DNA of 64,000 bases from Gemmatimonadaceae bacterium (GCA_051859245.1 JBHYGA010000004.1:288001-352000); one strand, 5' to 3'; positions 49,172-59,059 are shown, counted from the first letter of the stretch. Program-made: numbers and translations. The notes: a model not told the origin generated them from the sequence alone.

Positions 49172-50665
49172 ATGATGCAGCTGCCGGGCGCCGCGGATAC
49201 GATTGTGGCGCTGGCAACAGCGCCTGGTCGTGGTGCGATTGCGTTGGTGCGGGTGAGTGGTCCGCGTGCGATGCAGGTGGTGCAGGCGTGTTTGATTTTT
49301 GAAAGGAGCGCGGCGGGTGTTGGCACTGAGATCGGTGCTGATTCCGCCGCGTTTGTTGTATCCGGGCTTGAGCCGCGCCGAGCGACGCTGCGTACGGTGT
49401 GTCATCCGGTGACGGGCGACATGGTGGATCGCGCGCTGATCACGTGGTTTCCGGCGCCGCATTCGTACACGGGTGATGATGTGGTGGAGATCAGCACGCA
49501 CGGCGGGTATGTGGTGCCGGCGGCGGTGATTGGGGCGTTGCTGGCGGCGGGTGCGCGTGAGGCGTTGCCGGGGGAGTTTACGCGACGCGCGCTGATGGCC
49601 GGCAAGATGGATTTGTTGCAGGCCGAAGCGGTGGCGGATCTGGTGGATGCGCGGTCTTCGGCGCTGCATCGTGTTGCGCTGGAGCAGCTGGACGGTGGGT
49701 TGTCTCGCCGGTTGCTCGCGCTGCGTTCGGAGTGTTTGCAGTTGGAAGCGCTGCTGGCTTACGACATTGATTTTCCGGAAGAAGATGACGGGCCGATTGA
49801 TCCGGCGCGCATTGGTGCGTCGGTTCGCGCGGTGATTGATGCGCTGGATGTGTTGCTGGCCACGGCGCCCGCGGTACCGATGTTGCGCGAGGGGGCGATT
49901 GTGGTGCTCGCGGGTGTGCCGAATGCGGGGAAGTCGTCGCTGTTTAATGCGCTCATTGGTGAAGCGCGGGCGATTGTGACGGAGGTACCGGGGACCACGC
50001 GTGATGCGCTGGATGTGTTGATTGATTCGCCGCGCGTGCCGATACGACTTGTGGATACGGCGGGGTTACGGAAGACGGATGACCGCGTGGAGCGGCTCGG
50101 GATTGAGGTGAGTGCGCGGTGGTTGCAGCGGGCGCATGTGGTGTTGGCGTGCGGGGAGACGGTTGTTGACGTTGAAGAGACAGTGCGTGCGGTGGGCGAG
50201 GCTGGTGCGGGGTCGGTGCCGGTGGTGCGGGTTTTGACGAAGCAGGATTTCGCGGAACAGCAACAGCAACTGCAACTGGAAACGCTTAGCACGGAGGTCA
50301 CGGAGAACGCGGAGGGCACGGAGGGGGAGGTGCAGCCGCGGGATTTTGTGTTGACGAGTGCGGAGAGTGGATTGGGGTTGGGGAGGGTGATGGAGGTGGT
50401 GCAGGAAACTGTTGCGCGAGAGTATGGTGTGGTGGCCCCGGATGTGCCGCGGTTAACGCGCGAGCGGCATCATGTGGCGGTGCGAACGGCGCGCGAGGAG
50501 TTGGCGGCGTTCGTTGCTGCGTGGGATGTGGGGCGCGGCGTGCCGGCGATTGTTGCGGCGGTGCATGTGCGCGCGGCGGTGCACGCGCTGGATGAGCTGA
50601 TTGGTGCGGTCAGTCTTGATGACGTGCTGGGCCGGTTATTTCGCGAGTTTTGTGTGGGGAAGTAG
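49172..50665 (+). CDS. mnmE: tRNA modification GTPase MnmE (TrmE)
   Basis: DTIVALAT, PHSYTGDD, GEFTRRA, PNAGKSS, GTTRD, DTAG, FCVGK. Confidence 0.97.
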   Translation: MMQLPGAADTIVALATAPGRGAIALVRVSGPRAMQVVQACLIFERSAAGVGTEIGADSAAFVVSGLEPRRATLRTVCHPVTGDMVDRALITWFPAPHSYTGDDVVEISTHGGYVVPAAVIGALLAAGAREALPGEFTRRALMAGKMDLLQAEAVADLVDARSSALHRVALEQLDGGLSRRLLALRSECLQLEALLAYDIDFPEEDDGPIDPARIGASVRAVIDALDVLLATAPAVPMLREGAIVVLAGVPNAGKSSLFNALIGEARAIVTEVPGTTRDALDVLIDSPRVPIRLVDTAGLRKTDDRVERLGIEVSARWLQRAHVVLACGETVVDVEETVRAVGEAGAGSVPVVRVLTKQDFAEQQQQLQLETLSTEVTENAEGTEGEVQPRDFVLTSAESGLGLGRVMEVVQETVAREYGVVAPDVPRLTRERHHVAVRTAREELAAFVAAWDVGRGVPAIVAAVHVRAAVHALDELIGAVSLDDVLGRLFREFCVGK

Positions 50666-51276
50666 CGCGGGAGTGGGGCCCAATAGGGTTCCCGCGGGCG
50701 TGACAGCAATGTTGTGTATGTCGGCGTGCGCTTCCTCGGTCCGCGCCCAAAGAGCCGGGGATGAGGAAACGCGGCGCGCCGGTGGTTGTCGATGCGCCGT
50801 TGCTTCACAATGTTGCGCAGCCGGAGATACAAGTTTGCTGGCGGCAGAGCAACTCGTAAACGGACCGCTTTCATTGATGATTTCGCGCATCTGCTAGTGC
50901 CGACGTTGCACCCGGTTGCGGAAACGTTATGGCGGACGCGATGCGGTATCGGTGGTGCTCCCGCACCGCCGCAACGGGCGGATGCCGTTTCTCGATCAGC
51001 CCGCCGTAAACGGCGTGGGCGCCTGCCGAGCGTGCGCTTCGCTCGTGGCATGGTAGATTGCGCTTACCATGATCTTGAACGTCTTGCGCTAGACCCAGTT
51101 GAATCGCTGTACACTTTGCTGCAGGAGCTGCACGACACCGCAGCGCGAGGCTTCACCCACAGTGCAAACTCGACGGCCACACAGGCCGACTCCATCTGTC
51201 GCGATCGCCACGTGCGTTTTTCGGCAATATCGATCACGCGTTTCTGACACAAACGATCACGAGTTTCTAATCAGCC

Positions 51277-51320
51277 AGAGTTGAGGTCGGCAACTTTCGT
51301 TCGTTGCCGACCTTAGCTCT
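51277..51320. terminator. 18-bp stem hairpin downstream of the Cys-rich gene
   Basis: AGAGTTGAGGTCGGCAAC-N8-GTTGCCGACCTTAGCTCT. Confidence 0.55.
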
Positions 51321-51349
51321 TTACGCCAAGATGACGAGGCTGCAGGCAA

Positions 51350-51880
51350 CTACTCCATTAGGACTGCGGAAGTCTTCGCCTCAATGGGATAGTGGGCGAT
51401 CACCTCTCCATCACAGGCCACGAGTTGCACTGCGCTTCGACTTGGGACAAAAGACATGCGTTCCGGATTGTCTTCCAAGAGAGTTGCGAGCTGAATCGCA
51501 TCATCCCGCAATACTGCATCGCCGACTGCGCGGATGAGATCCTCGTTGGGAAGCGCCGCTGACTCAGACGTCGCGAATGCCTCCGAGCAGTAGTGATTAC
51601 CGCAGCTGTTTGCGCCGAGACAAGAGATGTGCCAACCCCCACCTTGGTTTGCATCTTGGCCGGTGCACTCGCCTTCCTGACATGGCGTTCCACCAGTGCT
51701 AGCCGCGTGCCCGGTTTGCCCACCCTGACACGAGACGCAATACCCTTCGCACGAACTAACCACACTAGCCGAGAGCACATCGTGCGTCTTCGCGAGCACA
51801 TCCGCGTTTGGAAGTCGCAAGCCGGTAGTTGCCACCACAACCGCGGCAATGAAGAAGATTCTAGTTAGCTGACTGGTTAT
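51350..51880 (-). CDS. Secreted Cys/His-rich hypothetical protein (probable ATA start at 51880; first GTG at 51838)
   Basis: Signal-like TRIFFIAAVVVATTG; 9 Cys; coupled to the upstream stop, with GGAGG just upstream. Confidence 0.7.
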   Translation of the reverse strand: MTSQLTRIFFIAAVVVATTGLRLPNADVLAKTHDVLSASVVSSCEGYCVSCQGGQTGHAASTGGTPCQEGECTGQDANQGGGWHISCLGANSCGNHYCSEAFATSESAALPNEDLIRAVGDAVLRDDAIQLATLLEDNPERMSFVPSRSAVQLVACDGEVIAHYPIEAKTSAVLME

Positions 51881-52959
51881 TTCTCCTCCCGATTGAGTGA
51901 AATGTTTTCCAGAGTCAACCTGACAATCTCAATTCGACCGAACCCGTCGTCGTCTTCTCGGTAACGCCATAGAACTCCGGGCCCAACGAATCGTCTGAAT
52001 ACGGGGTCGAAACGCCTCCTCGCTACGACCGCGTTGGTGCGTGGATCAATCGCTTCTAGAATTGTGTCATAGTATCTATCAAAGTCGACGATTCGATACT
52101 CAGTACGCGTCTCAAGCTTGACAGCGGATCGCCAACGCTCGTCAGCCACCCAAGTCAGCGACCAAACGTACCCTTGGGAATCCTGCGACACTCCCCACAT
52201 CTGAGGTGGCGGCGGCTGTGTCCCCATCACCTCGGTCCACACAATCATGCTCGGTGCAGGAAACCATCGAGCAGGACGCAGGTATAGACGACATGACTCG
52301 GTGCCAAATCGACAATGGGCGAAGGCATACTCGCGTCGATGATTGACCCAGTACCTAGCAGCATCGGTGCTCAAAGACACATCGCGATCGAAAAGGTCGC
52401 GCAAATCCTCGCGAAAGGGTAAACGGCTAAGGCTGTGCGATCGCGTGCGACTTCCCTCGGCATCGAGGTCGTGCAGAAGGTACCCAGCAAGCTGAGGTGT
52501 TGGTATGAAGGCAGCGAAAACTCCGCTACCATCACGCCGAAGTGCGAGTGACGTGGGAGTCTCAAGCGCGGGTTTCGTGTCCACCACTTCGAAGTCGTTG
52601 GTAAGCCAAGTCCGACGTTTCGCAAAGTCGTCATGGACAAGGATACCGTTCGCGTAAGGCGAAATTTGCCAAATTCGCCTGTACTCCCCAGGTCCACCGC
52701 CAAGCTTGCCTACAGCGCGCAAGAATGCACCACGCTGAGAAAACACAGCAAACCTCGAAGGTGCATTCGCAACCAAGAAGCGTCCGCGAACGTCCTGCGC
52801 GACGACCAGATTAGGCGAGGTCAACATGCCGGGGCCGACCGTGTCACCCAAAGTGGCTATGGGATCGAGTCGTATTTCGCAAGCGGAGCAGATCCGCTCA
52901 GAAATCCGTACGGTATCCGACTGCATCGCAAACGCCAGCGCAGCCAAGAGAAGCTTCAT
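51877..52959 (-). CDS. Secreted 6-bladed beta-propeller (TolB/NHL-like) protein
   Basis: Signal peptide, CSAC motif, GKLGGGPGEY repeat signature. Confidence 0.8.
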   Translation of the reverse strand: MKLLLAALAFAMQSDTVRISERICSACEIRLDPIATLGDTVGPGMLTSPNLVVAQDVRGRFLVANAPSRFAVFSQRGAFLRAVGKLGGGPGEYRRIWQISPYANGILVHDDFAKRRTWLTNDFEVVDTKPALETPTSLALRRDGSGVFAAFIPTPQLAGYLLHDLDAEGSRTRSHSLSRLPFREDLRDLFDRDVSLSTDAARYWVNHRREYAFAHCRFGTESCRLYLRPARWFPAPSMIVWTEVMGTQPPPPQMWGVSQDSQGYVWSLTWVADERWRSAVKLETRTEYRIVDFDRYYDTILEAIDPRTNAVVARRRFDPVFRRFVGPGVLWRYREDDDGFGRIEIVRLTLENISLNREEK

Positions 52960-52991
52960 GACACTCCCCCCAAATGGGTGATTCTACGTCC

Positions 52992-53020
52992 ACCATAGCA
53001 TTGCATTGCGAACGCGTCAA
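52992..53020 (-). promoter_or_regulatory. Sigma70-type promoter for the propeller/Cys-rich operon
   Basis: TTGACG-N17-TATGGT with extended -10 TG. Confidence 0.65.
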
Positions 53021-53121
53021 GCAAAATGTGTTACTGCAGAGCACGCCTGCGGCGCTAGGCCAATGATGCAGATAGTCGCAAATATTGCGTTGCAGCGAAC
53101 CGGTGGCGGATGTGCGACATC

Positions 53122-54318
53122 CTACGATTTCGCGTCCGATGCAATCGCACAATATGCGAGGTGAAATGCACCGTCGTCGTCGTTCCACGAGAGGGCGACG
53201 CGATCGTTCAGCACTTCCACGATGCGTGGGGTGACGGATCGACTGGCGTCTGCGATGCGCGGTATCTCGACGCGGCCGAGTAGCGAGCCATCGCGGTCGA
53301 AAACGGTCCACCATGCGCTGCGTGCTTCGAGTGGATAGTCTTCGAGCCAGATGCGTCCCGACGGATCAACTTGCATTTGCAGGAATGCAGGAAGCAAATC
53401 TGGTACAGGCTGCATGCGAAGCGCTGCGATGCGTTCATCAATGACGGAGCTCGGCGCGTCCTTGTGCACGGAAGCTCGTACACGTCGCTCAAGCAGTTCG
53501 TTTGTTACGCGCTGCCTGGGCTCGCGCCAGCGAATGATGCGCGTGAGTTTGCCGTTTGCATCAAGTACGCGGATCGTGGCGTCCTGACTATCTTCGATGT
53601 AAACGCGATCGTTTACGACTTGAAGCATGATCGGTGCTTGAAACGCGCTGGGTCTGGACGCCCGCCACGATCCGATTGCTCGGACTGCGCGACCACTGGT
53701 TGACACGCGGTGATAGGCAGCGACACGGTCGGCGTATCGCGCCCGGTCTGGTGACGTGTTATCTGACTCGCTGACGCGCGCGCTCGTTTGCACCAACAAC
53801 GAACCATCGCTGAAGCAGCCGGAGCCGGTTGGTGATCCGTTCGTCGTAATTGTGCGCACGAACTTGCCCTGCAACGTGAACACACTGGCGCGTCTCAGGA
53901 CGTTGTCGCGTATGATCAACGAATCGCCCGCGCCGTGGCATACGGAGTGTGTCTGCTGAAACTCGCCCGGTCCGTTGCCACGTCGGCCGAGCACATGCAA
54001 CAAGCGTCCGGTGGAGTCAAAAATCTTGACGGACGAATAGTCGTTGACCACGATGCGACCGTCGGTGACGCGCCGTGTGCCAAGAAATCCGTGACGCGGA
54101 CTGAACTCCGAGCGCTCGTCGTCCTGCAGGCCGCCCAATCGCACGATCGGTTTTGTCGAAACAACAAACGCGATGCGCGATGTCTGGATCGAAGCGAACT
54201 CAGCGATTTGAATGCCGGCGCTATCGATTCGTGACTGGGCGCACGCGTACTCGAGGGGAATACACCCTACGCTTAACGCTGCAACCGCTAGACGTGCAAA
54301 GAGCGCCGAACGTGCCAT
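53122..54318 (-). CDS. Secreted 6-bladed beta-propeller protein
   Basis: DSAGIQI, GRRGNGPGEF, VDPSGRIW, WTVFDRDG..G. Confidence 0.82.
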   Translation of the reverse strand: MARSALFARLAVAALSVGCIPLEYACAQSRIDSAGIQIAEFASIQTSRIAFVVSTKPIVRLGGLQDDERSEFSPRHGFLGTRRVTDGRIVVNDYSSVKIFDSTGRLLHVLGRRGNGPGEFQQTHSVCHGAGDSLIIRDNVLRRASVFTLQGKFVRTITTNGSPTGSGCFSDGSLLVQTSARVSESDNTSPDRARYADRVAAYHRVSTSGRAVRAIGSWRASRPSAFQAPIMLQVVNDRVYIEDSQDATIRVLDANGKLTRIIRWREPRQRVTNELLERRVRASVHKDAPSSVIDERIAALRMQPVPDLLPAFLQMQVDPSGRIWLEDYPLEARSAWWTVFDRDGSLLGRVEIPRIADASRSVTPRIVEVLNDRVALSWNDDDGAFHLAYCAIASDAKS

Positions 54319-54371
54319 GATCAGATCTCCCACTGTGCTGACGCCCGTGAGAACCTCGCCTGCGTTCCAGT

Positions 54372-54743
54372 CTAGAGCAGCTTGAGTCCGCTGTCCACAA
54401 ATACTTCGAAGTCGTCGCGGTTGTTGGTGGCGAGTGTGGCGTTCGCTGAAATCGCGGCCGCAGCGATCATTGCGTCAACGCGAAGCGATCGTCTTCGCCC
54501 TGCGGCGTTGTAGAGTTCGGCGGCGATTGCCGCGTGCTCTTCGTCGAATGGCAGCACTGATTCAAGGAAAGTGCGCACCGTGTCGCGCTGGTTCGCGGTG
54601 ACTGGACCGCAGAGAAACTCATACCACGCGACCATCGGAGTCACGAGCGTTTCGCCAGCCGCGGCCCACGATCGAAGCGCCGCACTTTCTTCGCTGCCGT
54701 CAATCAGGCCGCGAATCAGGTAGTTGGTGTCCAGACAGATCAC
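54372..54743 (-). CDS. vapC: VapC-family PIN-domain toxin
   Basis: ICLDTNYL, E..G, DAMIAAAA, LATNN..DF. Confidence 0.9.
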   Translation of the reverse strand: MICLDTNYLIRGLIDGSEESAALRSWAAAGETLVTPMVAWYEFLCGPVTANQRDTVRTFLESVLPFDEEHAAIAAELYNAAGRRRSLRVDAMIAAAAISANATLATNNRDDFEVFVDSGLKLL

Positions 54744-55000
54744 TTGCTACGCCACGCCTTCCGGTCGCGCTGCACTTCTGTCAGGTAGGCGTCGGCGTCA
54801 CGCGCGCTCAGACCCTGCCCCGCCGCGTGCAGCGCATCGAGAGCGGCGATTGGATCTGGTCGTTCGGGCCGCGCGGCATCGGCGACAACCCGTCGAATGA
54901 CTTCTGCCTGCGACACGCCCCATTGCGACGCGAGGGCGCGAATCCGCTCGGCGGTGGCCTGATCGAGAGCAAAAGTGGTTCGGTGCGTCATAAGTGCCAT
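54740..55000 (-). CDS. Ribbon-helix-helix antitoxin (VapB-like)
   Basis: RTTFALD..LA..GVSQAEVIRR; GTGA overlap with the toxin; tandem TATGGTATG repeats at the start. Confidence 0.8.
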   Translation of the reverse strand: MALMTHRTTFALDQATAERIRALASQWGVSQAEVIRRVVADAARPERPDPIAALDALHAAGQGLSARDADAYLTEVQRDRKAWRSK

Positions 55001-55133
55001 ACCATATAACATACCATAACCCAACGCGCACCGCAAGAATGCGAGTGGTCAGCGCCCGTCCGAGGGGCTATCGTGCAGCGCTCACTGCGGCGGAAGAACG
55101 CACCGCGAAAGAAAATGAATGCGGGAGGCTGTT

Positions 55134-56387
55134 ATGGTTTGTACGCGCGCGGCCCTTGTCTGCGGCACGGCGATCCTGCTTGCGTCGCTACCGGAGAGGG
55201 CGAGCGCTCAGACGGCTACGCTGTCCGTGCGTGACAGCGCCGGCATTCGCATCGTGACGCACTCGCGCTCCGCAGCGCCGCAGAGCACATGGCGCATCGT
55301 ACCGAGGCCGATGCTTGAGATCGGTGGTACCGCGACCGCTGGACCCACTTTGTTCGATGACATCTGGGGCGTAGCGCGCACGCCACGTGGTGAGATCATT
55401 GTGTCGGACGATGCCACGCAAGAGCTGCGCATGTTCGACAGTACTGGTAAACACGTGCGCACATTCGGCCGAAGTGGCGAAGGTCCGGGTGAGTTTTCGC
55501 AGATCAAGCACGTGCATGTGCGTGGCGACAGCGTGATTGCGATTGACACGCAGCGCGGCGCGGCCGTGTTCACACTCGCCGGGAAGCTGGTGCGACAGCC
55601 CCAGCACCCTTCGTTTGGTGCGTATCTCTCCATCGGTGCGTGGGGAGTGCTGAGTGATGGTTCAGTCATTGAAACGGCAACGGGCGGACCAGCTGCCAAT
55701 GAAGCGGATGCAGTGGGCACATTCACAGAAACGCATGCACTGTTTCGCACCACGCCCAATGGGCGTTCAGCGACGCTGATGCGACTAGTGCCAAACAACG
55801 ATGCGCACCGCCGTGCAAACGGTCCACGATCTGGAGACCCTGTCGCGTACTCACCGTGGCTCTCCGTCGCGCCGACCGAGGACCGTGTGTGTCTCGGCCG
55901 AGGAGAAACGTATGAGATTTTGTGCCTGAACAGCGCGGGTGCGCCGATACAGATTGTCCGGCGCGACATGCCACTCACGCCTGTGTCGGCGCTCGCACGC
56001 ACGCAGTATCAGCAGCGCATTCGCACACAAGCCAATCCACTGGGTCATGATCGCTTGCCGCAGGCGCGGCTCAATGCGATCGCTGACAACACGGTCTTCG
56101 CATCTCACTTTCCGGCCTACGGTCGCATCGTCGCCGGCATCAATGGCGAAGTGTGGGTGAGCGAATATCAATACGAAGCTCACACACGAGGCTATGGTGA
56201 GCCGGCATCGAGCAGCGAGGTCACGCGCTGGAATGTGTTCGCTCGCGATGGATTATGGAGTGCAAGCATTGCACTGCCAACGCGGTTCACCGTGAAGCAG
56301 GTCGGCGCCAACTTCCTGCTCGGTGTGAGCCAAGATGATGACGGTGTGCAGCGCGTAACGCTGTATCGCTTGGAGAGAACTCGCTGA
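55134..56387 (+). CDS. Secreted 6-bladed beta-propeller protein
   Basis: RDSAGIRIV, GRSGEGPGEF, WNVFARDG; GGGAGG RBS. Confidence 0.85.
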   Translation: MVCTRAALVCGTAILLASLPERASAQTATLSVRDSAGIRIVTHSRSAAPQSTWRIVPRPMLEIGGTATAGPTLFDDIWGVARTPRGEIIVSDDATQELRMFDSTGKHVRTFGRSGEGPGEFSQIKHVHVRGDSVIAIDTQRGAAVFTLAGKLVRQPQHPSFGAYLSIGAWGVLSDGSVIETATGGPAANEADAVGTFTETHALFRTTPNGRSATLMRLVPNNDAHRRANGPRSGDPVAYSPWLSVAPTEDRVCLGRGETYEILCLNSAGAPIQIVRRDMPLTPVSALARTQYQQRIRTQANPLGHDRLPQARLNAIADNTVFASHFPAYGRIVAGINGEVWVSEYQYEAHTRGYGEPASSSEVTRWNVFARDGLWSASIALPTRFTVKQVGANFLLGVSQDDDGVQRVTLYRLERTR

Positions 56388-59059
56388 TGCGCGTCAAACG
56401 TTTCCTGTGCGGACTGATGGTTGCATCGCTGTTGGCAAAAAGTGCAGTTGCCGCGCAACCACCGGTTACGCAGCCTAATACGAGCGAACGATCCGCGACA
56501 CGAGCAAACAAGCCGTGGCTCGACGCGCGCCTTCCGGTGCAAACACGCGTGCAGGAACTGCTCAGCCGCATGACGCTTGAACAGAAGTTCTGGCAGCTGT
56601 TCATGATTCCGGGCAGTCTGGATAACCCGGCGCACGACTATTCGAACGGTGTGTTCGGACTGCAGATCAGCGCTGACACCACGATTCCACCCACGCAAGC
56701 CGCGCGCGCGCACGCCGAGCGTGTCAACAGTATTCAGCGCTACTTCGTGGAGCGCACGCCACTCGGCATTCCGATCATTCCGTTTGACGAAGCGTTGCAC
56801 GGCCTCATGCGCGAAGGCGCGATCACGTTTCCGCACGCGATTGCGATGGCGGCCACGTGGGACAGCGCACTGATCGGCCGCGCGAGTGAAGCCACAGCTC
56901 GCGAAACGCGTAGTCGTGGCATTCGGCAGGCGCTGTCACCGGTGGTGAACATTGCGAGTGATGTGCGCTGGGGACGTGTGGAAGAAACGTACGGCGAAGA
57001 TCCGTATCTCACGGGTGTGATGGGCCGAGTGTTTGTGCGCGCGTTTGAACAGGCGGGCATTGTGACCACGCCCAAACACTTTGTCGCCAACGTTGGCGAA
57101 GGTGGACGCGACAGTTATCCCGCCGAGTTCAGTCAACGTGTGTTGGAAGAGCGATTCTTTCCGCCGTTTCAGAGTCTGATTGCGCAGGCGGGCGCACGGT
57201 CGGTAATGACGGCGTACAACTCGGTCGACGGACTGCCTGCCACGCAGAACGGGCCGCTGCTCAACGGCACGCTGCGGCGCGATTGGGGATTCAAAGGTTT
57301 CGTGATTTCCGATGCGGCGGCCACCGGTGGTGCCACTGTGCTGCACCACACCGAAGCGAGCACTGCAACGGCAACCAAGCGTGCATTCGAAGCCGGGCTC
57401 GATGTGGTGTTTCAATCGGAGTATCCACAGCACCGTCCGTATCTCGAGGCATTCCGGCGTGGCATGGTGCCGGATTCCGTGATGAACGCGGCAGTCTCGC
57501 GCGTGCTCCGAGCCAAGTTCGATCTTGGATTGTTCGAACAGCCATTCGTAGATCCGGACTCCGCGGCGTATTGGAGTGGGCACGCCACGCATCGTGCGCT
57601 GGCGCGCGAGGTGGCGCGCAAATCCATGGTGCTGCTGCGCAACAAGAGTGCGACGCTACCGCTCGCGCGCAGCACACGCCGCATTGCGGTGATTGGCACC
57701 GATGCCGTGGAAGGGCGCTTTGGCGGTTACAGCGGGCCGGGCATTCGCACCACCAACATGCTTGACGGTATTCGCGCGGCCGCCGGCACAAACGCAACCG
57801 TGCACTACGCACCGGGGCCGAGTCGGTTTGCGGCAACACACATGGTGGTGCCGGCGGAAAATCTGTCGGCGCTGCGTGGCGAGTACTTCACTAATATTGC
57901 GCTCACGGGAACGCCGTTTCTTGTACGCGATGATGCACGCATCGATTTTGGCTGGACGCTGAACTCTCCCGCGCGCGGCATTGCCTTTGACTGGTATTCC
58001 GTGCGTTGGACCGGCACAATCACTGCGCCGGCGGGTGGTGTTACACAGATCGGCGTGGAAGGAAACGACGGCTACCGGTTGTGGATTGACGATTCGCTCG
58101 TCGTCGACAACTGGGAGAAACGATCGCACGGTGTACGCATGGCGAACGTGCAGTTCGCGCCAGGCAGCAAACACACGCTGCGTTTGGAGTTCTTTGAAAG
58201 TGCAGGCAACGCACGTGTAAAACTCGTCTGGAATGCCGGCGTGCGTTCGGCGGCCGCGCTGCAACAGACTATCGACAGCGCGGCAAACATTGCGCGCAGC
58301 GCCGACGTGGCCGTGGTTGTGGTGGGCACTGAAGAAGGTGAGTTCCGCGATCGTGCCCTGCTCTCCCTGCCAGGAAAACAGGAAGCACTCATTCGCGAAG
58401 TGGCCGCAACCGGCACGCCAGTCGTGGTGGTGCTCGTAGGCGGTAGCGCGATCACCATGTTTTCATGGCTTGAGTCTGTTGGCGCGGTACTTCACGCTTG
58501 GTATCCGGGCGAAGAAGGTGGCAACGCACTCGCCGACGTGTTGTTTGGCGCTGAATCTCCGGCCGGCCGTTTGCCGATCACGTTCCCGGTGAGCGAAGGG
58601 CAGCTGCCGCTTTCTTACAACCACAAACCAACGGGCCGCGGCGATGACTACGTAGACCTCACCGGTCAGCCACTCTTTCCCTTTGGCTACGGACTGAGTT
58701 ACACCACATTCGAATACTCGGCGCTGCGCGTCACACCGGACAGCATGAGCGCCAACAGAACCGCGACGGTCACCGCAACGATCACGAATACCGGCGCACG
58801 CGCCGGCGACGAAGTGGTGCAGCTGTACATTCGCGACGTACTGGCCACGATGGCGCGTCCGGTGATTCAACTGGCTGGTTTCACGCGCGTTCACCTCGCG
58901 CCAGGCGAAAAACGTGACGTGACATTCACACTCACGCGCGAGCAGCTACAGATGCTTGATGTGGATATGAAGTGGGTCGTGGAACCCGGCGTGTTTCGTG
59001 TGCTCGTTGGTGCGTCATCCAAAGACATTCGCCTTCGCGGGGAGCTCGTGGTGAGATGA
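56387..59059 (+). CDS. GH3 beta-glucosidase/xylosidase with PA14 and FnIII domains
   Basis: WGRVEETYGEDP, KHF, GFVISD, PFGYGLSYT, EVVQLY. Confidence 0.95.
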   Translation: MRVKRFLCGLMVASLLAKSAVAAQPPVTQPNTSERSATRANKPWLDARLPVQTRVQELLSRMTLEQKFWQLFMIPGSLDNPAHDYSNGVFGLQISADTTIPPTQAARAHAERVNSIQRYFVERTPLGIPIIPFDEALHGLMREGAITFPHAIAMAATWDSALIGRASEATARETRSRGIRQALSPVVNIASDVRWGRVEETYGEDPYLTGVMGRVFVRAFEQAGIVTTPKHFVANVGEGGRDSYPAEFSQRVLEERFFPPFQSLIAQAGARSVMTAYNSVDGLPATQNGPLLNGTLRRDWGFKGFVISDAAATGGATVLHHTEASTATATKRAFEAGLDVVFQSEYPQHRPYLEAFRRGMVPDSVMNAAVSRVLRAKFDLGLFEQPFVDPDSAAYWSGHATHRALAREVARKSMVLLRNKSATLPLARSTRRIAVIGTDAVEGRFGGYSGPGIRTTNMLDGIRAAAGTNATVHYAPGPSRFAATHMVVPAENLSALRGEYFTNIALTGTPFLVRDDARIDFGWTLNSPARGIAFDWYSVRWTGTITAPAGGVTQIGVEGNDGYRLWIDDSLVVDNWEKRSHGVRMANVQFAPGSKHTLRLEFFESAGNARVKLVWNAGVRSAAALQQTIDSAANIARSADVAVVVVGTEEGEFRDRALLSLPGKQEALIREVAATGTPVVVVLVGGSAITMFSWLESVGAVLHAWYPGEEGGNALADVLFGAESPAGRLPITFPVSEGQLPLSYNHKPTGRGDDYVDLTGQPLFPFGYGLSYTTFEYSALRVTPDSMSANRTATVTATITNTGARAGDEVVQLYIRDVLATMARPVIQLAGFTRVHLAPGEKRDVTFTLTREQLQMLDVDMKWVVEPGVFRVLVGASSKDIRLRGELVVR

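Noticed and set aside
50786..51247. 153-aa ORF after mnmE
   Set aside because: No RBS or motif; Arg-rich; possibly decayed sequence, so left unassigned
51728..51752. CxxxCxxC read as a radical SAM motif
   Set aside because: Protein is small, apparently exported, and lacks a TIM-barrel domain
53075..53110. attC-like fragment ATTGCGTTGCAGCGAAC
   Set aside because: No matching complementary half, and wrong orientation relative to flanking genes
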